Shown here: piece after piece, positions 17,393 to 25,801 of the stretch
Position numbering within the stretch: position 1 is the first letter of the stretch
How the letters are laid out: each line of letters opens with the position of its first letter
Assembly (NCBI GenBank): GCA_965214705.1
Contig: OZ243972.1
Coordinates: 1,952,001 to 2,016,000 of the forward strand
Length of the DNA stretch: 64,000 nt
Source: Alphaproteobacteria bacterium
Lineage (GTDB): Bacteria > Pseudomonadota > Alphaproteobacteria > UBA828
Direction: 5' to 3'
Translations under genes and position numbers: made by a program
Notes under the pieces: generated by a model
Told to the model about the DNA's origin: nothing
Seen by the model: only the letters and a program-made list of their open reading frames with translations
The model's database searches: none

Positions 17393-18095
17393 GGTCCGAT
17401 TCCTCCGTTTTCCGTTCGCCGGCACGAGTGTCCGCCTGCATGCCTTCGTCATCGCCGGTCCCTCCCTTCATTTCTCCGGTTGACGTTGTTCCCGTCGCCG
17501 CGCCGGTCTGCCGTGGCGGCTCGGAGAGCGCCTCGAAGCGGGCGAGCCAGAGCCTCGCGGCCCGTCCTGGTCCCACTGCGCGGATGCGCCGCCTCAGCGG
17601 CGGGAACGCCGCGCCCGAACCGGCATCGGCGTCCGCGAGGTCGCGGCGCTCCGCCGCCGCCGTCATGCGGAAGACGAAGCGGAGCAGCTCCGCGTGGTCC
17701 TCGCCAAGCACGGGATCGAGCCCCGCCGCCTCGCGCACCGCGCGTTCGATGGCGTCGGCGAGCTTCGCCGCACGCTGGGACGATCCCTCTCCTCGCAGCC
17801 ACGCCGATGGCGCGTCCGCGATCAGCGCGCAAAGCGCGAGGTTCCGCCGCTCGTCGGCGCCGAGCCCGTCGAGCGCCTCGATCTCCTCGCTGGCGATCAC
17901 GGCGTGCGCCGCCAGCGAGTGGTACTGCCGGGTGCGTCCGCCGAAGCGGCAGGTGTTGGCCAGCACGTGCGCCAGCGCCTCGAAGTCGATATCGGCGGGG
18001 GTCGCGCCCTCCGGATCGCCAGGCCAGGCGAGGCGCCCGCCGGCAGCCCCGGCGGTGGCGAGGGTTCCCCGCTCGTCTTCCGCTCGTGCGTTCAT
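17367..18095 (-). CDS. YfbR/YfdR-like HD-fold protein with a degenerate HD motif
   Basis: IDFEALAHVLANTCRFGGRTRQYHSLAAH matches the family N-terminus. The expected LLHD reads LIAD. ATG overlaps the traC stop. Confidence 0.75.
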   Translation of the reverse strand: MNARAEDERGTLATAGAAGGRLAWPGDPEGATPADIDFEALAHVLANTCRFGGRTRQYHSLAAHAVIASEEIEALDGLGADERRNLALCALIADAPSAWLRGEGSSQRAAKLADAIERAVREAAGLDPVLGEDHAELLRFVFRMTAAAERRDLADADAGSGAAFPPLRRRIRAVGPGRAARLWLARFEALSEPPRQTGAATGTTSTGEMKGGTGDDEGMQADTRAGERKTEESDHGAARQAA

Positions 18096-20794
18096 TCGCC
18101 GTCTCCTTTCTTGTCCGCATGTTCGATGTCGCCATCGGCGCCGGCGCTGTCGTCTCCGCCGGCTGTCTCCTGGATGCCGGTTTCGCCGCCGGTTCGGCCG
18201 GAGCCGTCCCCAGGCCTCGCGCCGTCCGCGACGGGAGCGTCCCCCGCGAGCCGGTCGATGGCCTCGACGGTGGAGAGCCCCTCGGCCTTGAGCCGCTCGA
18301 CGGCCGCGAATGCGGGTCCGCGCGAGGAGAACAGCGCCACCGACCAGAGATCGAGCACGAGGCGCGCCACGCGCCAGCCGTCGGGACCGTGCAGCAGCAG
18401 CTCCGCATGGCGGCCCTCGGCGGTGGTCAGGCTCTTCAAGGCCCGCTCCATGCCGGGATCGCAGTGGATGCGCTTTTCCTGCTTCAGCAGCTCGACGGAT
18501 TCGTCCTTCTGGGCGAGGAAGATCGTCCAGTCGGAGTTCTCCCAGGCCGCCTGCGCCGCCGGGTTGGCGTAATAGTCGTTGACCGACTGGGTGCCGGTGA
18601 TGAGCGAGCCGCGGTATTTTCTGGCCCTGCGCGCCGCGCCTTCGAGGAAGGCCCGGCTGTTCTCGCCGGAGAGCAGGTCCCAGGCCTCGTCGATGACGAT
18701 GGCCTTCGCCCGCGTGCGCTCCCCGTGATACATGCGCTGGGTGGCGAGGAAGACCACCAGCATCAGCACCACGGCCTGGACGTCGCCCCGGCCCTTGAGC
18801 TCGGCCAGCTCGAACACGGTGAGCGCGGCATCGAGCGCCGGCGTCTCCGCGCCCGCGAACAGCCGTCCCATGGCGCCGCCGGGGCACCACGGACCGAGGG
18901 AGGTCGCCATGTCGGCGGCGCGGCGGTCGCCGCGGGCGTCGAGATGCCGGCGTACGGTGCCGAGATCGGCGTCGTTCCCGGCTTCGTCCCAGGCGGCCGC
19001 AATGGCCTCGGCGATCAGCGCCGCCTCGATGTCGTCGATCGACCCTCGCCTGCGGCACATGCGTCCGATGACGCCCGCCAGCATGGCGAAGCACTCTTCC
19101 CTGTAATCGCCGTCACGGTGCGCCGTGGCGGCGTCGATCATGGCGAAGGGATTGAGGCAGGCGGGATCCTTGCCGAAGGCGATGAAGGCGCCGCCCAATG
19201 CTTCCGCCGTGTGCTGGAAGGACCGGCCGTCGTCGATCACCACGGCCTCGCCGCCCGCGCCGACGATGCCGGTGACCAGCTCCTGCATCAGCACCGACTT
19301 GCCCGAGCCGGATTTTCCCGTCACGGCGACGTTGTAGTTGCCCGCCTCGTTGGCAAACGGCGACCAGCCGGCCGGCTGGCCGCGGCGGCCGATCAGGAAC
19401 AGAGCCGGCGGGTTGTCGAGATTGACGGGCTGTCCCCGCCACTCGCCGTGCAGCGGAGCCAGGTTGACCGCCGAGGAGCTCAGCAGGGTCTTCACGCGGC
19501 CCATGCGCGCGAGATCGCCGTTGAGCCCGCCCGCCGGGACCATCGGCAGGCAGGAGAGCCAGGAGGGGAGCTGGACGTAGCGCTCGGCGCTCACCCGCCA
19601 GCCCTGGCCGTGATAGATCGCGCGCACCGCCTGCTCGGCCTCGTCCAGCGCATCGAGCGGCGCGTAGACCGCGGCGAAGTAGCAGGCCTTCACCAGCCGC
19701 TCGCCGTCCTTGAGGCGCTCGGTGACGAACTGCCAGTCCCGTGCCTTCTCGGGCAGCCCCGGCAGGTATCGCGCGATCCCGGTGCCGGCCTGCTGGGTGG
19801 CGCGCGCGGACTTGAGGAACGCCTTCTCCCCGTCGGCCGCCTCGCCGGTCATAACGGTGAGACAGGTCAGCACCGGACATCCGGGCTGCAGGAAGTCGCG
19901 GTGGAAGTCGCCGATCAGCGCGTTGCCGCGCCAGCCCGGCCACACCTCGGGAAAGGTAGCGGCCGTCAGCACCCGCACCGCAACGTCGCCGGCACGCGTG
20001 TCGCTGCCGCTCCCTCCGTGGAATACCAGGCCCGTGGGCGCGACAGTGAGCGCGCGGCCGGGCGCGGCGCATTGCAGGTGAATGGGATCCCTCGGAGACC
20101 AGCGGCGGCGCGGCCGGTGGAGCGGGGTGGCCGTGCCCGGTTCGGCATCGGGCGCGATCGCGGGCGCGATCAGCTCGGCAGCGAGCGACAGCAGCGCATC
20201 GGGACCGAGCCTCCGCGCCACGGCCCCGGCCGAGGCGAGCGTCCCTTCGAGCGCCCGCCGGAAGGCCGAGAGCGCGGTCTCGGGAGCCGGGCCGGGAGGA
20301 CCCGCCAGCGAGGCGCAGACGAAGGCCCGGTAGTCCGACAGCGTGAATGGCGGCCCGCCCGGATGCAGCGCCCGCCAGCCCGCGCCGCCGAGGAGACGAA
20401 GCCTGCGGCGCGCCATGCCGGCCTGGACGGGACCCGCGTCCCCGCGCGGCCCGGCCCAGGCATCGAGCGCCGCGCCGAAGCGCGGGCTCGCCCAGTGGAT
20501 CACCTGCACCGTGCAGCGCTCGGGCGCGGCGTCGGCCAGCGTGCCCGCGAGCGCGCCGAGCGTCTCGGCGTCGATCCCGGCGAAGGGCGGGATCTCGACA
20601 ACGAACCCGACCGAGCCCGCGTTGACATAGAGCTCGCCCCGCTCGTCGAAGGCGCGCCAGGGCAGCAGCTCGCAAAGCGCCGCGCCGGTCTCGGGCGGCG
20701 ACCAGGGCTCCAGCCCGGCCGGACCCTCGAACAGGTCGAGCAGGCGGCGCGCGATGCCGGAGCCGGCGCCCGGCGGCGTCACCGCAGCCTCCAT
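18092..20794 (-). CDS. traC: VirB4-family ATPase TraC
   Basis: ELLPWRAFD, NYNVAVTGKSGSGKS, IDDGRSF, IDEAWDLL, RRARKYRGSLITGTQS. Confidence 0.96.
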   Translation of the reverse strand: MEAAVTPPGAGSGIARRLLDLFEGPAGLEPWSPPETGAALCELLPWRAFDERGELYVNAGSVGFVVEIPPFAGIDAETLGALAGTLADAAPERCTVQVIHWASPRFGAALDAWAGPRGDAGPVQAGMARRRLRLLGGAGWRALHPGGPPFTLSDYRAFVCASLAGPPGPAPETALSAFRRALEGTLASAGAVARRLGPDALLSLAAELIAPAIAPDAEPGTATPLHRPRRRWSPRDPIHLQCAAPGRALTVAPTGLVFHGGSGSDTRAGDVAVRVLTAATFPEVWPGWRGNALIGDFHRDFLQPGCPVLTCLTVMTGEAADGEKAFLKSARATQQAGTGIARYLPGLPEKARDWQFVTERLKDGERLVKACYFAAVYAPLDALDEAEQAVRAIYHGQGWRVSAERYVQLPSWLSCLPMVPAGGLNGDLARMGRVKTLLSSSAVNLAPLHGEWRGQPVNLDNPPALFLIGRRGQPAGWSPFANEAGNYNVAVTGKSGSGKSVLMQELVTGIVGAGGEAVVIDDGRSFQHTAEALGGAFIAFGKDPACLNPFAMIDAATAHRDGDYREECFAMLAGVIGRMCRRRGSIDDIEAALIAEAIAAAWDEAGNDADLGTVRRHLDARGDRRAADMATSLGPWCPGGAMGRLFAGAETPALDAALTVFELAELKGRGDVQAVVLMLVVFLATQRMYHGERTRAKAIVIDEAWDLLSGENSRAFLEGAARRARKYRGSLITGTQSVNDYYANPAAQAAWENSDWTIFLAQKDESVELLKQEKRIHCDPGMERALKSLTTAEGRHAELLLHGPDGWRVARLVLDLWSVALFSSRGPAFAAVERLKAEGLSTVEAIDRLAGDAPVADGARPGDGSGRTGGETGIQETAGGDDSAGADGDIEHADKKGDGE

Positions 20795-21579
20795 TCGGCC
20801 GGCGCGATCACCGCCCGCACGTAACTCCCCTCGCGGTAGATGCCGTCGGCATCCACGAAGGGCGCGATCCAGATGCGCGCCACCACCTCGCCGGTACGGA
20901 ACGCATCCGATGCGGCCGGATCGGGCGCGTTATCGGCGCGGGCATCGCCGGCCGCCTCGCCCTCGGCCGTGGGCGGCGCATCGTCCGGGACCGGCGGCGC
21001 GATCGCGGCCGAACCGGCTCTCAAAGCACCGGACGCGGAATGGCCGGTAGCGGCGGAGGAGTCCCGGACGGCGCCCGCTACCGGCGCGGCGCGACTTACT
21101 CTCGGGCCGGCGGTCGCATCGGTCGCGACATCGTTATTTCGCCGGGAGAGGCCCGTTTCCGAATCCGCGTCACCGGCATCGCCGATGCCCGAGAACAGCG
21201 ACCCGAGCCAGGCGAACGGATCGCAATCCGATTCGCAGGCCGGTTCGTCGGCAGTCCCGGCCGACAGGCCCGCAACGATGCGACCGCTGCCCTGTCCGTG
21301 GCGCGGGATTGCACCTGCGAGCCTCGTCCCATCTCGCGTCTCCGGCACGAGTGTCTCCGGCACGAGTGTCTCCGGCGCGCGCGTCTCCGACGCGCGCGTC
21401 TCCGACGCGAGTGTCTGCGGCACCGCCGGGTCGGCGGCGAAGACGGACGCGCACACCTTTCCCTGCGCCAGCGGGCATTGCCAGTCGTCGCCCACATGGG
21501 TCGCCGAGCAGCCCGCCAGCGCCAGCGCGGCAATCAAGGCCGCCCCCGCTGCAGGCGGCCGGTTCCTGCGTTCAGTCAT
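20779..21579 (-). CDS. traV: Lipoprotein TraV with an expanded low-complexity middle
   Basis: Lipobox LALAGC, WQCPLAQGKVCASV, C-terminal RIWIAPFVDADG. Confidence 0.88.
   Translation of the reverse strand: MTERRNRPPAAGAALIAALALAGCSATHVGDDWQCPLAQGKVCASVFAADPAVPQTLASETRASETRAPETLVPETLVPETRDGTRLAGAIPRHGQGSGRIVAGLSAGTADEPACESDCDPFAWLGSLFSGIGDAGDADSETGLSRRNNDVATDATAGPRVSRAAPVAGAVRDSSAATGHSASGALRAGSAAIAPPVPDDAPPTAEGEAAGDARADNAPDPAASDAFRTGEVVARIWIAPFVDADGIYREGSYVRAVIAPAEWRLR
21344..21418. repeat. 5 x 15-bp repeat units in traV
   Basis: Units: ggcacgagtgtctcc x2, ggcgcgcgcgtctcc, gacgcgcgcgtctcc, gacgcgagtgtctgc. Confidence 0.9.
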
Positions 21580-22828
21580 TCCTCTTCCCCTTTTCGGTCC
21601 TTCCGTCGAGCCACGCGCCCTCGATGAACACCACCGTCACCCGGGTCCCGGCCTGGAGCTGGATCACCGGCTGGTACTGTTCGGCGCGCCGGATCAGGTA
21701 GTCGGCGACCTTGCGGCCCGCCGACGAAGCCCCGGAGCCGAGCCCGGCCCGGCCGATATCGTCGAGACCGGTATTGGCCATCGAAGCTCCCGTGCCGGTG
21801 GCGACGGCCTGCGGCGCGAACGCGCCCGAGACACCCTCGCCGAGCCCGGAGACGAGGCCGGCCAGGAACGCCTTCTCGACCAGCGCGCCCTCGCGGCTCA
21901 CCACGGGGCCGCGCACACCGGTCTTGCCGGCGCCGGCGACGAACCCCGCAACCTGTGTTTCCAGCACCGTGCCGGGGTGTTCCCCCGTGCCGGGCTCGTC
22001 TCCGACGCAGGTGAGCGTCCTGAGCCTCGCGTAGACCTTCTCCGACGAGAGGTCGCCATGGGCGGCGCCGGTCACGGTGCAGCCGTCGATATCGACGGCG
22101 AGCGCCCTGCCATCGACCGCCGCGGTCCATGCGGGACCGACGATCCTGAGCAGCACCGGGCGCGGGTCGCCCTGCGACGAGACCCCCGCCGAGGCGTCGA
22201 CGCCCGCGAGCACGATCGCCTCGGCGTGGCTCCCGGCCGGAAGCCAGGCGCCGATATCCCTGGCGGGGGGCGCGTCGAACGGCTCCTCCGAACCGTCGAG
22301 CCGGAAGGTCTCGATCAGAGACCCGGTCTCCGGCACGGCCCCGGACGCGGCATCGCCGGCCGTCGGGGCTGTCCGCCGCCCCGCGCCCCGCTGGAACAGC
22401 TCGCCCTTCGGCGCGCCCTCGGCCGGGGCGGCTTCTGAGCCCGCCCCCGCGCGCTCCATCTCGGCGATCTTCGCCGCGAGGCCGTCGATGACACGCTTCG
22501 CGTCCTGGGCATTGGCGGTAAGCTGGGTCCGGAGGCGCTCATTCTCCTGGTTCACGCGATTCGCCCTGGTCTCCATGTCGCGCAGCCGCGCGTCCATGTC
22601 GCCGAGTCGGGCTTCAGAGCGCCGCGTCCAGCTCTCCTCGGCCGTCCCCGGCGTCGCGAGCTCGGCATCGATGCGCGCCTCCGGCCGGGGCGCATTGCCG
22701 CCGCCCGCCGCGAGCCAGAAGGCGAACACCATCAGCACCGCCGCCGCGATCACCGAGAACAGCACCAGCTGCCGGTTGCGGGCGCGGCGCGACTCGCCGT
22801 CGCGCGCCTTCGCGGTGCGCGCGCTCAC
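21572..22828 (-). CDS. traB: TraB (VirB10 family), GTG start
   Basis: TM + coiled coil + WLPAGS, GDLSSEKVYAR, YLIRRAEQYQPVI. Confidence 0.93.
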   Translation of the reverse strand: MSARTAKARDGESRRARNRQLVLFSVIAAAVLMVFAFWLAAGGGNAPRPEARIDAELATPGTAEESWTRRSEARLGDMDARLRDMETRANRVNQENERLRTQLTANAQDAKRVIDGLAAKIAEMERAGAGSEAAPAEGAPKGELFQRGAGRRTAPTAGDAASGAVPETGSLIETFRLDGSEEPFDAPPARDIGAWLPAGSHAEAIVLAGVDASAGVSSQGDPRPVLLRIVGPAWTAAVDGRALAVDIDGCTVTGAAHGDLSSEKVYARLRTLTCVGDEPGTGEHPGTVLETQVAGFVAGAGKTGVRGPVVSREGALVEKAFLAGLVSGLGEGVSGAFAPQAVATGTGASMANTGLDDIGRAGLGSGASSAGRKVADYLIRRAEQYQPVIQLQAGTRVTVVFIEGAWLDGRTEKGKRND

Positions 22829-23811
22829 CGTGACTCTCCCGCGTGCGGCGGATCGGCAACCGGACCGTCTCCGGCGCGAGTGTCTCCGGCACGGGCGTCC
22901 TCGTACACCGCCACCGCGAGCCTGCCGCCCGAGGGGCCGGTGCCGGGCGCCGCCAGCCAGAGAGCGGCGAGGCGGCCGATGCCCGCCAGCCCGCCGATGG
23001 TCTCCGGCACGCGTGTCTCCGGCACGAGTGTCTCCGGCACGAGTGTCCCGGCGAGGCCCGCGGCGCCCTCCGCGCCCCCTGAGGCCGAAGGGCCGGCCTC
23101 GAACACGAACGCCGAGAAGCGCGATCCACGCCAGGTCTCGATGACCTTCAATCCTGAGACACCCGTGCCGGGGACACTTGTGCCGACGACCGCGCGCCCG
23201 GCATGGACCGCATAACCGGCAAGCGGCTCGCCCCGCGCCGCCGCGCGGATCAGGCGCACCAGCGCGCCGATGCGATCGTCGCCGGCCGCCGCCGTTCGAT
23301 CGGACGTGGATGCGGTCGCAGGTGCCGGCGAAACGACCGCCGGGTTGCGGATCAGGATCTGCGTCGCGCCCACGGACACGGGCGTCAGAGCGAGCCGGTA
23401 GGTGAAGCCCCGCTCGGTGCCGATGAACAGCACCTCGGGCCCCGCCGCCGCCGCGCCGTCGCCCCCGAGGGGGCGCAGGTAGAGATCGCCGCTCGCCGGG
23501 TCGTGCTCGACGCGCAGGCCGCCGGGCGCCCGGATCACCTTGGCGACGCGGTCGCCCGGCAGCGCGATGCGAACAACCCCGGACATGGAGATGTCCGCCG
23601 CAAGCTCGGCATGATCCGCCGCCTCCAGGACACTTGTGCCGGAGACACTCGTGCCGGAGACACTCGTGCCGGCGGCATACGCGCACGAGGCATCCATGGC
23701 GGCGGCCACGGAGCCGTACGCCATACATATAAGGAGTGCCGCCGCCATCGCCGCGACGCGGCCGAAGCGCGCCATGGAGTGCGGTCCGGCCGTCACCGAT
23801 CCTGTATTCAT
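22825..23811 (-). CDS. traK: TraK (secretin-like, F-type)
   Basis: Signal peptide, GVVRIALPGDRV, SGDLYLRP, LFIGTERGFTYRLAL; between traE and traB. Confidence 0.85.
   Translation of the reverse strand: MNTGSVTAGPHSMARFGRVAAMAAALLICMAYGSVAAAMDASCAYAAGTSVSGTSVSGTSVLEAADHAELAADISMSGVVRIALPGDRVAKVIRAPGGLRVEHDPASGDLYLRPLGGDGAAAAGPEVLFIGTERGFTYRLALTPVSVGATQILIRNPAVVSPAPATASTSDRTAAAGDDRIGALVRLIRAAARGEPLAGYAVHAGRAVVGTSVPGTGVSGLKVIETWRGSRFSAFVFEAGPSASGGAEGAAGLAGTLVPETLVPETRVPETIGGLAGIGRLAALWLAAPGTGPSGGRLAVAVYEDARAGDTRAGDGPVADPPHAGESR
22873..23670. repeat. Four arrays of the 15-bp repeat in traK, in both orientations
   Basis: Forward: 22873-22902 (2 units), 23006-23050 (3 units). Inverted: 23155-23184 (2 units), 23626-23670 (3 units, ggagacactcgtgcc). 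Confidence 0.9.
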
Positions 23812-23813
23812 CC

Positions 23814-24365
23814 TCAGTCCTCCATCTGCTCGAAGCGCAGCAGAGCGAGCCGGCCCGCGTCGATGCGGAAGGCGAGGCGGTAGCGCCGCTTCTGCCGCGA
23901 AGCCTCCTCGCGCCCGATCCAGGTCACCAGCTCGCCCGCGATCTCGGCGCTGAGTTCGCGCCCGTCGCTCTCGATGCTCCTCGGGTAGAACGCGGTCGAG
24001 AGGTCGCGCCGGGCCATCCGCTCGGCTTCCGACGCCACCCAGGCGCCGATAGCGCCCCGGGCCTCGGCATGGGCGAGGCGCGCGACCGCCTCGCGCACAT
24101 GGGCCGCGTTTTCGGGCGTGAGCGTGAGCAGCGTCACCGCTGCGGTGCGCGCCGCATCCTCCAGGTAGCGCCGCCCCGCCCAGCTCTCCCCCACCTCCCA
24201 GGCGGGACCCGAGACGGCGGGAACCAGCACGGTCACCCGTTCGCGGCTGGTCAGCCCGTGCGCCAGCACCAGGTTGGAGAGAACCGCGAGCGCCAGCAGC
24301 CCGGCGAGAACCGCCCGCGTGTCCCGCGCCCGGCGGCGCTCCGCGTCCATCGCCTCGCGCCTCAT
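23814..24365 (-). CDS. traE: TraE
   Basis: N-terminal TM, VTVLVP, YLEDAA...LTLTPEN; position after traL. Confidence 0.85.
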   Translation of the reverse strand: MRREAMDAERRRARDTRAVLAGLLALAVLSNLVLAHGLTSRERVTVLVPAVSGPAWEVGESWAGRRYLEDAARTAAVTLLTLTPENAAHVREAVARLAHAEARGAIGAWVASEAERMARRDLSTAFYPRSIESDGRELSAEIAGELVTWIGREEASRQKRRYRLAFRIDAGRLALLRFEQMED

Positions 24366-24655
24366 CCGAAGTACCGCCTGACATGGCTTGGCGGGGTGCC
24401 ACGGAGCCGCAGCACGAACTCGGGCAGGAACCAGTAGAGCGCGTAGAGCGCGATGTTGGCCCCGCCGCCGCGCTTGACGCGGCGCAGCAGCAGCCAGCCG
24501 GCGATGCCGGCCACCAGTCCCGCGACGAACTGGTTCGCCGCGAGCCCGAGCACCGCCGGTCCCAGCAGTGCCGCCGCCTCGTCGAAGGTCCAGAACAGCC
24601 AGCGCTCCGGGTCGTCGAGACGGCGCGGGATCGCATGGCGCGCGGTGTCGTTCAC
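24362..24655 (-). CDS. traL: TraL
   Basis: IPRRLDDPERWLFWTFDE, LYWFLP, TPPSHVR. Confidence 0.93.
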   Translation of the reverse strand: MNDTARHAIPRRLDDPERWLFWTFDEAAALLGPAVLGLAANQFVAGLVAGIAGWLLLRRVKRGGGANIALYALYWFLPEFVLRLRGTPPSHVRRYFG

Positions 24656-24664
24656 TGTGGCCTC

Positions 24665-24988
24665 TCAGACGATCGCCGTGCCGACCAGGCCGGTCACGAT
24701 GCCGGTGCCCGCGCCCGCCGCCACGCCGACGCCGACCGCGCCGAGAAGCTGCATCGCGTTGAAGCGCAGAACCGAGCCCACCAGGGCCGCGCCCACCGCG
24801 AGCGCCGCCGCGAGCTGACCGCCGGTGCCGGACACCATGCCCGTCACCGTGTCCAGCGGATCCGTGAAGGTGGTGTCCGTCGTCGCCAGCGCCGCATCGA
24901 TGCCGAGCAGCGCCAGCGCCAGCGCGACGATCGCGCCCACGGCGATGCGGAGTGCGCGCTTCCTGCGGTCGTTCGAGATTGCAGTCAT
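24665..24988 (-). CDS. traA: Conjugative pilin TraA (start MTAISND, 107 aa)
   Basis: Leader peptide plus two hydrophobic Gly/Ala-rich helices; directly upstream of traL. Confidence 0.75.
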   Translation of the reverse strand: MTAISNDRRKRALRIAVGAIVALALALLGIDAALATTDTTFTDPLDTVTGMVSGTGGQLAAALAVGAALVGSVLRFNAMQLLGAVGVGVAAGAGTGIVTGLVGTAIV

Positions 24989-25710
24989 CACCTGTCCTCC
25001 TTCCCGGTGTCGTCCCTGTCCGGCGGCGAGGTCGCCGCTCTCTCCTCGCGCTCCTTCTCGTCGGCCTCGGTGGTCGAGCGCGCCTCGCGCGCGGCCGCCC
25101 ACTCCGCCACCTTCGAGCGCAGATAGCGCGCCCGGTTGCCCATACGGCTGAACGGCGGTCCCTTGCCGCTGCCCCGGTAAGCCTGAAGCGTGCGGGGCGA
25201 CAGTTTCAGGAACTCCGCCGCCTCCTCGGTGCTCATGTAGCCGTCCTCGGTCATCTCCATCTCCTCATTGCCTTCCTTCCCCACCGGAACCGCCGGCGCC
25301 CCGTCCTCGACCGCCGCCCTGATCGCCTCGCGCTGGGCCGGGTTCGTATGCTCGGCCATGACGGCGTCCGCCTTGTCCATGGTGGCGAGCCGGGGCAGGC
25401 CGCCATCGAGCAGCCAGGTCGCAAAGGACCGGTTCCTGTTGACGTCGCGGCTGAACTCCGAGCGCTTTATGCCGGTGACCGCCAGGAACGCCCTGACCTC
25501 GGCCACGAAGCGGTCCCCGACCGGTTCGCGGCCCATCCCGACCAGCAGCTTGTCCACCGTATCCAGGCGCGGATTGCGCCCCTTCTTCTTCACCCGAAAG
25601 ACGAAGGTGGGATCGCGCATCGTCTCCCGGCCGAAGCGGCTGGGGGACATGTCGTGACGCTCCATATGGGCGTCGATGGCGCCGAGGAAGTGGGTGCGGT
25701 ATCGGGTCAT
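24988..25710 (-). CDS. Triple-HTH regulator: two tandem Cro-like domains + C-terminal excisionase/AlpA-like HTH
   Basis: Repeated domain (MSPSRFGR...NPRLDTVDK and IKRSEFSR...LPRLATMDK), then YMSTEEAAEFLKLSPRTLQAYR...GPPF. Its TGA overlaps the traA ATG. Alternative start at 25746. Confidence 0.8.
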   Translation of the reverse strand: MTRYRTHFLGAIDAHMERHDMSPSRFGRETMRDPTFVFRVKKKGRNPRLDTVDKLLVGMGREPVGDRFVAEVRAFLAVTGIKRSEFSRDVNRNRSFATWLLDGGLPRLATMDKADAVMAEHTNPAQREAIRAAVEDGAPAVPVGKEGNEEMEMTEDGYMSTEEAAEFLKLSPRTLQAYRGSGKGPPFSRMGNRARYLRSKVAEWAAAREARSTTEADEKEREERAATSPPDRDDTGKEDR

Positions 25711-25716
25711 GGGCCG

Positions 25717-25731
25717 GAACGTAGGTGGAAC
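25717..25731. promoter_or_regulatory. Candidate alphaproteobacterial-type LexA (SOS) box GAAC-N7-GAAC
   Basis: GAAC gtaggtg GAAC, 6 nt upstream of the ATG at 25710. Confidence 0.6.
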
Positions 25732-25739
25732 ATTCCGGC

Positions 25740-25769
25740 TTGACAATATATTTCAGTCTTCAATACACT
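25740..25769 (+). promoter_or_regulatory. Sigma70-like promoter for the cI-like gene
   Basis: TTGACA-N18-TACACT in an AT-rich divergent intergenic region. Confidence 0.55.
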
Positions 25770-25801
25770 ACTGTTCTACGCAGCAGATACGAGCCACGAC
25801 C

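Noticed and set aside
21344-23670. 15-bp arrays as a CRISPR array
   Set aside because: Units are contiguous with no spacers, too short, inside coding genes, and there are no cas genes.
1244-24636. Very long alternative-frame and antisense ORFs (e.g. 1244-4570 +, 7152-10538 +, 16646-20824 +)
   Set aside because: Arg/Ala/Pro-rich shadows of real GC-rich genes, with no recognisable motifs.
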